DNA of 40,000 bases, taken from Bacillota bacterium. Its GTDB lineage: Bacteria; Bacillota; Clostridia; Acetivibrionales; DSM-1351. The stretch is taken from assembly GCA_023386445.1 (NCBI GenBank), contig JAEWJR010000087.1, positions 1-40,000 of the forward strand. The letters are read 5' to 3'. The notes below the pieces were generated by a model. The model worked only from the letters and a program-made list of their open reading frames with translations, was not told the origin of the DNA and made no database searches. Both the position numbers and the translations under genes were made by a program. Every line of letters begins with the position of its first letter. Within the stretch, counting starts at the first letter, position 1. Shown piece after piece: positions 1 through 6,756 of this stretch.

Positions 1-355
1 TTGGAAAGGGGAATCCCCTTCCCGGTTTCAGGAGGGTGCTCAGAAATGTGAAACATTTTGTCGAAGGGAACCTAGGGTTCCCTAGCGAACAAGATAATTT
101 GCGTAGCATGGCAGAGTACTTGAGTGGACGCGAAGCGGATTTGCGAAGCAAATTTCTTGCAATGAATTGAGGCTTTCGGGATATTGACAGGTTCCCGGAG
201 GTCTTTGTTTTAATGTTAAGGAAATAATTTGCTCAGCGGCTGCGTTGAAGCCGCTTGCAAGGCACAAAGCCTTACTGCACGTCTTTGCCTTACCGCAAGC
301 CAAGGACGACGACAAAGAAAAGTGGAAAAATAGCCGGCGTGAGGCGTGTTATACA

Positions 356-383
356 TTGTCAATAGAGGATATTGTGTTATAAT
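356..383 (+). promoter_or_regulatory. sigma-A type promoter with extended -10
   Basis: TTGTCA at 356-361, a 16-nt spacer, then TGT and TATAAT (378-383). It lies about 50 nt upstream of ATG 435. Confidence 0.5.
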
Positions 384-434
384 ACCGATATCGGTAAATA
401 CATAAGTAAATTCGAATCATATGAGGCACAGGTT

Positions 435-1013
435 ATGGAAAGCATCTTCAAAAGACGGCAGGGAAACAAATGGGCAGCTATAGGGTTATCTATATTATTG
501 GTATTAACTGTGTTGTTTAAAATTGCTTTGGTTATACTGTCAAGGAATTATATATATATGATAACTGCCGACTTTTGCCGGCATATACTTAACCCCGCTA
601 TAAATGTTATTATTGTTTTATTACTGATTATGCTTGAAGTAATTTTAATACGGAGAGTTTGGCTGATAGTGCTGACTACCATTGCAGGTATATTGGTTTT
701 ACTTTTGATCAGCTTCTTTGGTTTTATTGACAGTACGGATTCAAAATATTTTTATTTTAATTCCCCGGATAATTCAACTACTCTTATTGTTGAGGAAAAT
801 ACATGGCTTTTCTCCGGTTGGAGCGATTTCTATGTTAAAGATAATGTAATTTTTATAAAAAGAATCAATGCAAAAATACTTACCGACAATGGCCACAGAC
901 CGTTCACAAACAAGGACTATATATTGACTTGGATAGATAATAATACAGTGGAGCTTACCTATGGGTATGGTAAGAATGGAATAGTCGAAAAACAAACAAT
1001 CAGGCTCCAATGA
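435..1013 (+). CDS. membrane protein of unknown function (3 N-terminal TM helices plus a soluble C-terminal domain)
   Basis: ORF 372..1013 trimmed to ATG 435, which has GAGG 8 nt upstream. The 372 start lies inside the predicted -10 box. There are three long hydrophobic stretches. No family recognised. Confidence 0.6.
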   Translation: MESIFKRRQGNKWAAIGLSILLVLTVLFKIALVILSRNYIYMITADFCRHILNPAINVIIVLLLIMLEVILIRRVWLIVLTTIAGILVLLLISFFGFIDSTDSKYFYFNSPDNSTTLIVEENTWLFSGWSDFYVKDNVIFIKRINAKILTDNGHRPFTNKDYILTWIDNNTVELTYGYGKNGIVEKQTIRLQ

Positions 1014-1030
1014 ACTATATAAGCATATTC

Positions 1031-1528
1031 CTAGTAAAATGTTCTTAATACGCCGAGGGGCTCAAAGTAAATTATGTATTTGCCTAAGACCTTATATATC
1101 CCATACTTTCCTTTATAATTGCAGATACACTCCTCCAGAAATTCTTCGGTGACATCAAGAAACTGGGAGAGTTCATAACTGTTCCGGATACCATTATTAT
1201 AAGCTTCAATAAACTTTTCCAGGGGAATAAGTTTTTCAAAAGCCCATCTTCTTGCTCTGCTTTCCTGCTGCAGTACGACGATCCTGTCGGTATCCCCGGA
1301 CAGCAGATTTCCGCATGAGGTATGATAATGCCCAAGTTCCTCCGCAATTACACAACAGAGTTCGGATTGGGTATCAATACTTGGATTCAAAGTGATTACC
1401 GGTTCTGTTTCACTGTCAGAATAGTAAAGACCCTTTACGTTATCCGGGAGGGGATTGGAAACTACATTTATCCCAAGTTCTTTGCATTCATCAAGCAGTG
1501 TTTCTTTCTTATCGAGGGTTTTTATCAT
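1031..1528 (-). CDS. ImmA/IrrE-family zinc metallopeptidase (XkdA-like anti-repressor protease)
   Basis: 165-aa ORF with an HEXXH motif (AEELGHYH). Its start overlaps the stop of the upstream XRE gene, the classic ImmR/ImmA pairing. Confidence 0.85.
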   Translation of the reverse strand: MIKTLDKKETLLDECKELGINVVSNPLPDNVKGLYYSDSETEPVITLNPSIDTQSELCCVIAEELGHYHTSCGNLLSGDTDRIVVLQQESRARRWAFEKLIPLEKFIEAYNNGIRNSYELSQFLDVTEEFLEECICNYKGKYGIYKVLGKYIIYFEPLGVLRTFY

Positions 1529-1842
1529 TTATTGTCCTTCTTCTTATATTTGACCTTAAGATAGTCAATGTAATTTTTTAATTCTTCCTGTGCTTCGGGG
1601 GGCAGATCATCACCATATCCATCTGTACGGTGAGCGGCAACCGTGGCTGAAATATCCCGTCCTAACAGATAATCCGTAGTTACATTAAAATAATCTGCAA
1701 CCTTAGCCAATCTGTCACCGGAAGGAACAGTATTAGACCACTTTCTAATACTGCCGTTAGCCAAACCTGTTTCCTGCTCAAGCCGAGCTATTGAAACATC
1801 TTTTTTTTCACAAAGCAGTTTAATCCTATCAAGCAAGTTCAT
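1525..1842 (-). CDS. XRE-family helix-turn-helix repressor
   Basis: ORF 1525..1875 trimmed to ATG 1842, with GGAG 7 nt upstream. The N-terminal HTH_3-like sequence is LCEKKDVSIARLEQETGLANGSIRKW. The gene is divergent from the activator gene. Confidence 0.85.
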   Translation of the reverse strand: MNLLDRIKLLCEKKDVSIARLEQETGLANGSIRKWSNTVPSGDRLAKVADYFNVTTDYLLGRDISATVAAHRTDGYGDDLPPEAQEELKNYIDYLKVKYKKKDNK

Positions 1843-1876
1843 ATATAGACTCCAATCTAAAATTACGGAAATCATA

Positions 1877-1905
1877 TTGACTTATTAGCCTACAGTCTAT
1901 ATAAT
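1877..1905 (+). promoter_or_regulatory. consensus sigma-A promoter reading rightward
   Basis: TTGACT (1877-1882), a 17-nt spacer, TATAAT (1900-1905). The spacer contains the half-site AGTCTAT (1894-1900), which is also found in the 2014-2031 palindrome. Confidence 0.5.
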
Positions 1906-2011
1906 ATTTCTATAGCTAAATAAATCGACAAAAGTTATATTTAAATTAATAAATTAAAAGACAGTACCCTGACAACATGTTTATTGTTTTGCATAAAAAG
2001 GGTATATCTTT

Positions 2012-2040
2012 ATCATAGACTATAGTCTATGAATTGTCAA
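2012..2040 (-). promoter_or_regulatory. sigma-A promoter reading leftward toward the repressor gene
   Basis: On the minus strand: TTGACA (2040-2035), a 17-nt spacer, TATGAT (2017-2012). The 18-bp palindrome sits inside the spacer. Confidence 0.45.
2014..2031. promoter_or_regulatory. perfect 18-bp palindrome, candidate repressor operator
   Basis: CATAGACTATAGTCTATG is a perfect inverted repeat. It lies in the divergent control region between the XRE gene and the activator gene. Confidence 0.5.
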
Positions 2041-2101
2041 TGCTTTTAGCTTTAAATTGAAATAATTCAGGCACAATGTAAAACAATTTTGGGAGGAACT
2101 T

Positions 2102-2533
2102 ATGAATAAAGAACGGCTCAATGAAATTATAAAATTAAAAAAAGAAGTGGAACAGCTTAGAGAAAAGCTCAGGGAATTAAGCTACGGAGATAATGAAAAA
2201 ATCGTTACTGACAAGGTCCGGGGGAGTATGGCACAGTTTCCGTATCTGCCACGGTCGTTTACATTGGTCGGCTGCGAGCAGATGTCTGAAGAGTGTATCA
2301 GGAAAAGAGATGCAATAGGAAAAAAGATAAGTGATAAATACCATGAACTTTATAGCAGGATCGACGAAGCTATAGATTTTATACAAAGTATTGATGACAG
2401 CGAGGTAAGACAGATACTTACATATAAATATATAGACGGTCTTACCTGGGAGCAGATAGGGCAATGCATGAACTATGGAACATCCTCGGTAAGATTGAAG
2501 CATGATAAATTTATGAAAAGTATAAATGATTAG
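2102..2533 (+). CDS. sigma-70 region-4-like late-gene activator (PBSX Xpf-like / ArpU-RinA-like)
   Basis: 143-aa ORF with a GGGAGG RBS. It has an N-terminal coiled-coil and a C-terminal segment ILTYKYIDGLTWEQIGQCMNYGTSSVRLKH resembling a sigma region-4 HTH. It occupies the same position as xpf in PBSX. Confidence 0.6.
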   Translation: MNKERLNEIIKLKKEVEQLREKLRELSYGDNEKIVTDKVRGSMAQFPYLPRSFTLVGCEQMSEECIRKRDAIGKKISDKYHELYSRIDEAIDFIQSIDDSEVRQILTYKYIDGLTWEQIGQCMNYGTSSVRLKHDKFMKSIND

Positions 2534-2636
2534 CACCCATTAGCACATCAAAAGCTATATAATTGTATTATTAAAAAATATACATTCAAGGACTAGATTA
2601 GGAGACACACGAAAGCAGCGTATAAATAGCGTGTTC

Positions 2637-2665
2637 AGGAGAGTTGAAATATACTCTCCTTTTTG
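2637..2665 (+). terminator. intrinsic terminator after the activator gene
   Basis: AGGAGAGT / ACTCTCCT 8-bp stem with an 8-nt loop, followed by TTTTT. Confidence 0.6.
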
Positions 2666-2990
2666 CTGCTCAAAATTTGAACAAACAATTTGAGATAAAT
2701 GCCGAAGCGGCAGTGAATAACTGGTAAAGCCTGCAAGGTTGAATGACTGTTACAAATGCATCCCCGGCTGAGGATAATAATTCAGCTTTATTTAATATAG
2801 AACTGATCAGGAAAAGCTTGAGCTTGAAAAAATAAAAAGGAGGAGAAAGAAAATGAAAAACAGACTTGAAAAATAATTGGTATTGAAAGAGTTGCATTGA
2901 CCGGGAACACCATTCAAAGAATTATGTTCTGTTACCGGGGATGAACAGAATAAGGGAACAGAGAACTAAAACCGCTGGGAGGTGATAAAC

Positions 2991-3578
2991 ATGGAATTAG
3001 CCAGCAATGCATTAACAACTGCTGAAACAGTAAGAAATAATCTTAACGGATGCCTGGTTGATATAAACGATGACCTCATTAACCAAAAAATCAACGAGGT
3101 TTCACAATTCATTGAAACCTATACGGGAAGAAAATTCAAAAATGAGATCAGGGAGGAAAAGCTTGCGGGAACAGGAACCGACGATTTGCAACTCAAGCAT
3201 TATCCGGCGGGAGAGGTGCTGTCGGTACTTATTGAAGGAAACGAAATAGACATAGGGGAGTTGGATATGGAGAATAACAGTGAGACCGGCACCGCTGTTT
3301 TATTCAGGGAGCCTGGTTGGCCTGCAAGCGACAGAAGAAATATTTTGGTGAAGTATGAGTCTGGATATATTCTTCCCAAGGATCAATCGGAAGGACGGCC
3401 CAGAACTCTGCCATATGACCTGGAGGGTGCCTGCATTGACCTGACAACAATGAAATATCTGAACAGGGATGCTGAAGGACTGGCAGAGCGCAGAGCGGGA
3501 GATTTTGCCGAGAAATACCTGAACGATTTACCGGCTTCTATAAAACTTATACTTGACCTGTACAAAAAAAGGGGCTGA
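2991..3578 (+). CDS. gp6-like head-tail connector protein (XkdH position)
   Basis: ORF 2982..3578 trimmed to ATG 2991, with GGGAGG 8 nt upstream. The N-terminus TTAETVRNNL...DDLINQKINEVSQFIETYTGRKF resembles the Phage_connect_1 family pattern, recalled from memory. Confidence 0.6.
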   Translation: MELASNALTTAETVRNNLNGCLVDINDDLINQKINEVSQFIETYTGRKFKNEIREEKLAGTGTDDLQLKHYPAGEVLSVLIEGNEIDIGELDMENNSETGTAVLFREPGWPASDRRNILVKYESGYILPKDQSEGRPRTLPYDLEGACIDLTTMKYLNRDAEGLAERRAGDFAEKYLNDLPASIKLILDLYKKRG

Positions 3579-3583
3579 AGAGG

Positions 3584-3946
3584 ATGAGATACAATCAAAA
3601 ATGCATTATTTACAGGAGTGTGACAGATGTAGGATATTTAAACCGGCCTGATACTGTCGCAATTCAAAAAGGACCTTATCCGTGCTGTACAAGCCTGCCA
3701 TGGCCCTGGAAGAAGAGGGGACGCTACAGTCAGAAGATTCCGCAGGCAGAAATAAGTATTGAACTGGTTTTGTACGGGCCTGAGGAAATGGACATCAAAG
3801 CAGGTGATATTGTTTGTATGCCGGTAACAGTTGACGAAACCACCAAAGAGGTCATAATGACGGGCTCTGAAAAGTACATTGCTTCAATGCCCTACAAAGT
3901 CCGGGGTCACCAGGAATGCGTCATTTCGTTGAAAAGGAGTGTTTAA
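3584..3946 (+). CDS. head-tail adaptor / head-closure-like protein (XkdI position)
   Basis: 120-aa ORF with a GAAGAGG RBS. It is tightly packed between the connector-like and tail-completion-like genes. The assignment rests on size and synteny only. Confidence 0.45.
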   Translation: MRYNQKCIIYRSVTDVGYLNRPDTVAIQKGPYPCCTSLPWPWKKRGRYSQKIPQAEISIELVLYGPEEMDIKAGDIVCMPVTVDETTKEVIMTGSEKYIASMPYKVRGHQECVISLKRSV

Positions 3947-4401
3947 TGATTACTATTGAAGATATCATGGATGCAATTAATATTTCTCTGCTGTCCGCAT
4001 TTCCTGAACATGGTTTTTTTATAGAAAATATACCTCAAAACTTTAAAAGACCTTCTTTCTTTATTCAGTTAATATCTGATACCTGGGAGGATTCCAACAG
4101 AGCAGCAACAAAAGAAAGGGCATCCTTTCAGATTATATATTTTGGAACACAAAACGCCTACGGAATCACCGGGATAACTGAAAAGTTAAGTGTATATGAA
4201 ACTGTAAAAGGCCTTTTCAAGAACGGATTTATACCGGTAAAAAATCAGGCGGTAAAGCTTTCGGAGAAAGGCTTCGGAGCAGAGCTAAGAGAAAATGAAA
4301 TCAATTTTACTGTGGATTTTGAATATTTCAATTTAAGAGAAGAAAATGTACAAAATCTGCAGAAAGCAAAAGAAATCATAATAAATGTAAGGGAGGATTA
4401 A
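3946..4401 (+). CDS. tail completion / tail terminator-like protein (XkdJ position)
   Basis: ORF 3916..4401 trimmed to ATG 3946, which forms a TAATG overlap with the previous stop and has a GGAG RBS. It lies immediately upstream of the sheath gene. Confidence 0.5.
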   Translation: MITIEDIMDAINISLLSAFPEHGFFIENIPQNFKRPSFFIQLISDTWEDSNRAATKERASFQIIYFGTQNAYGITGITEKLSVYETVKGLFKNGFIPVKNQAVKLSEKGFGAELRENEINFTVDFEYFNLREENVQNLQKAKEIIINVRED

Positions 4402-4405
4402 AAAG

Positions 4406-5476
4406 ATGGGATTACCAAACATAAGCATAGCATTTAAATCAGCAGCAATAAGTGCAATAAAAAGAGGGGAGAGGGGCATAGTTGCTCTAATCATGAAGGA
4501 CAGCACAAATAATGGCTATAAGGAGCTTCTGACCGTTGTGGATATACCTTCTGATCTGTCCGATGCCAACAAGGCTGCCATTCAATTGGCCTTTACCGGA
4601 GGAGTAAAGCCTCCGTCAAAAGTACTTGTTTATGTGCAGCCTTTAGCAAGTACAGATTACACCGAGGCACAGGCATATCTTGAAACGGCCAAGTGGGACT
4701 ACCTGGCGGTAGTGGGCATAGAGTCAGATGAGATGGCGGGAATTGCAGCCTGGATAAAAGCTCTCAGAGAGAGCCTGAATAAAAAGGTAAAGGCTGTTTT
4801 ACCAGGAATAGCGGCAGATTACGAGGGAATTATAAACTTCACAACCGGGACAATAAAGGTTGGCTCCACAGCATACACCAATGTGCAGTATGCGCCGCGT
4901 ATAGCCGGATTGCTGGCAGGAACACCGCTCAACATATCAGCTACATTCCAGGTGCTGCCTGAAGTTACCGATGTTTCACCAAGGCTTACCAAAACACAGC
5001 TGGATACCGCCATTGACAGCGGCAAATTTGAGATATTCAACGATGGTGAGAAGGTAAAAGTGGCAAGAGCGGTAAATTCACTTGTAACCACTACCGCCGA
5101 CAAAGGTGAGGTTTATAAAAAGATCAAAATAATTGATATTCTTGACCTGATCTACAGTGATATAAAGAGAACGGCCGAGGACAGTTATATAGGCAAATAT
5201 CCCAACAGCTATGATAACAAGATACTTCTTATTACCGCAATCAACGGATATCTGGAAGGTCTTGCGGCAGACCAGCTATTGGATAGCAATGCTGAAAATT
5301 CCGCCAATATAGATATCGCCGCCCAAAAGATATACCTGAAATCAATTGGAGTAAATACAGATAACCTTACCGACCAGGAAGTAAAGGAGTACAACACAAA
5401 TGACAAGGTATTTCTGGGAGGGGCTATAAAACCGCTGGATGCCATTGAGGATATATCACTGGTAATGGCTATATAA
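4406..5476 (+). CDS. contractile tail sheath protein (XkdK-like)
   Basis: 356-aa ORF with a strong RBS. The N-terminus MGLPNISIAFKSAAISAIKRGERGIVALI is typical of the PBSX-type sheath family. The tube gene follows. Confidence 0.9.
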   Translation: MGLPNISIAFKSAAISAIKRGERGIVALIMKDSTNNGYKELLTVVDIPSDLSDANKAAIQLAFTGGVKPPSKVLVYVQPLASTDYTEAQAYLETAKWDYLAVVGIESDEMAGIAAWIKALRESLNKKVKAVLPGIAADYEGIINFTTGTIKVGSTAYTNVQYAPRIAGLLAGTPLNISATFQVLPEVTDVSPRLTKTQLDTAIDSGKFEIFNDGEKVKVARAVNSLVTTTADKGEVYKKIKIIDILDLIYSDIKRTAEDSYIGKYPNSYDNKILLITAINGYLEGLAADQLLDSNAENSANIDIAAQKIYLKSIGVNTDNLTDQEVKEYNTNDKVFLGGAIKPLDAIEDISLVMAI

Positions 5477-5503
5477 ATAAAGAGGAGAAGAGGTGACTGA
5501 CAT

Positions 5504-5932
5504 ATGGATGCATCAAAAGTAATGAATGGAAGCTGGGGAGAAGTGTGGATGGATGGAGAGAAGATTTCCGAATGTACCGCTCTTCAGGCAAAAATTGATA
5601 TTAAAAAAGAAGACGTTCCCATGTGCGGCAGAGCTACACCGGGTAAAAAATTATCCGGCTGGGAAGGTAAAGGCTCTATGAAGTTAAATAAAGTTAATTC
5701 CCGTATGGCAATAAAGATCGGCAATCTTATAAGAACGGGCCAGGAGCTCAAGGTGACTATTGTTTCAAAGCTGGCAGACCCCGCGGCATACGGTGCCGAA
5801 AGAATCGTACTGAGGAATGCTTCATTCGATGATTTGACTCTTGCGGATTGGGCTGCTCAGAAAAATGGGGAAGTTGACTGCCCGTTTACATTTGAAGACT
5901 ATTACTTTATGGACGTAATAGTACCGCAATAA
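5504..5932 (+). CDS. tail tube protein (XkdM-like)
   Basis: 142-aa ORF directly after the sheath gene. The sequence VMNGSWGEVWMDGEKISE is typical of XkdM-type core tail proteins. Confidence 0.85.
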   Translation: MDASKVMNGSWGEVWMDGEKISECTALQAKIDIKKEDVPMCGRATPGKKLSGWEGKGSMKLNKVNSRMAIKIGNLIRTGQELKVTIVSKLADPAAYGAERIVLRNASFDDLTLADWAAQKNGEVDCPFTFEDYYFMDVIVPQ

Positions 5933-5980
5933 TGTGAGGGATGCCTCAAAATGAGAGAATTGCAAATAATCAAATACCCA

Positions 5981-6114
5981 TACCAGTGCGCGAGTACAAC
6001 TTCGATAGATGGGAAGCTCTGTTAAAAGTGCATGTCTGAAATTGTGGTGAACCATACAAATTTCAGACATGTACTTTGTGAGCAATCCATTTGTTGAAGT
6101 TAGTATGGGAGCAC
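5981..6114. repeat. structured repeat element, copy A (candidate ncRNA or MITE-like element)
   Basis: It shares 15-nt identical blocks with copy B: CGCGAGTACAACTTC (5989-6003) and TTGAAGTTAGTATGG (6094-6108). Smaller shared blocks include AAAAGTGC, GTGAACC.TAC and CTTTGTG.GCA. A 15-bp closing helix and a 13-bp internal hairpin are visible. Confidence 0.6.
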
Positions 6115-6182
6115 TATTTCAATTTTGTCAGGTTTGCGGCACCACCTTTATTAAACTTTATATAAAGACGGAGGGAAAGACA

Positions 6183-6575
6183 ATGAAAAATGTAATGGAT
6201 ATATTGCTCACAATGGATGAAAGCAGGCTTGAGGCATCAACCCGGGATATTGAAATAAAAAGGCTCTCTGAAGAAACCGGGGAAAAGGTGGTATTCACCT
6301 GCCACAGTCTTTCAATGGACAAGTACATTCAGATAAAGGAAAACGCAACAAACGGTGATGAGATTGACACACTTGAGCTGCAGATATTTGCCATCATCGA
6401 AGGTGTAAAAAACCCTAACTTTAAAAGTGACGAGCTCATAGGCAGGTTTAAGGCTGCAACACCCAAGGAACTGGTGAAAAAGCTGCTCCGCCCCGGAGAA
6501 ATAAACAGGATATTTGAAATCATATCTGAACTGTCCGGTTTTGGAGGAGATACGGTACAAGAAATAAAAAACTGA
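6183..6575 (+). CDS. tail assembly chaperone (XkdN-like), short form
   Basis: ORF 6069..6575 trimmed to ATG 6183, with a GGAGGG RBS. It sits between the tube and tape-measure genes. The sequence IEIKRLSEETGEKVVF is typical of XkdN-like chaperones. Confidence 0.75.
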   Translation: MKNVMDILLTMDESRLEASTRDIEIKRLSEETGEKVVFTCHSLSMDKYIQIKENATNGDEIDTLELQIFAIIEGVKNPNFKSDELIGRFKAATPKELVKKLLRPGEINRIFEIISELSGFGGDTVQEIKN

Positions 6576-6742
6576 TAAGGACGGATGGACGGACCAGCTT
6601 AATGTACTATTGCTGGAAAAAAGACAAAAGCATTCGTCCATCTGTCTTCTGGAACCAGTCCGAGGCTGATTGGCTTGTAATAGATGCGTTTGCCAGGCAG
6701 GAAATAGAGGATGAAAAAAATTCTCATATAAATGTTCTTTAA
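6183..6742 (+). CDS. tail assembly chaperone, -1 frameshift-extended form
   Basis: The slippery heptamer A AAA AAC (6566-6572) lies just before the stop. The -1 frame stays open for 57 more codons (..LIRTDGRTSLMYYCWKKDKSIRPSVFWNQSEADWLVIDAFARQEIEDEK..) and ends at TAA 6740-6742, immediately before the tape-measure RBS. Confidence 0.55.
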
Positions 6743-6756
6743 AAGGAGGTGACATT

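Noticed and set aside
85-170. tmRNA-like tag: GCGAACAAGATAATTTGCGTAGCA loosely resembles a sequence encoding A-N-D-N-F-A-L-A-A
   Set aside because: The similarity needs indels. The in-frame translation (ANKIICVAWQST) does not end in a hydrophobic LAA-type tag. No tRNA-like T-arm or CCA end is visible nearby.
82-315. 77-aa minus-strand ORF in the left-edge region
   Set aside because: It is Cys-rich with an odd composition and no RBS. It overlaps a chain of hairpins, so the region is better explained as non-coding structure.
372-434. Upstream extension of the membrane protein ORF (start at 372)
   Set aside because: That start codon lies inside the predicted -10 hexamer and lacks an RBS. ATG 435 with GAGG upstream is preferred.
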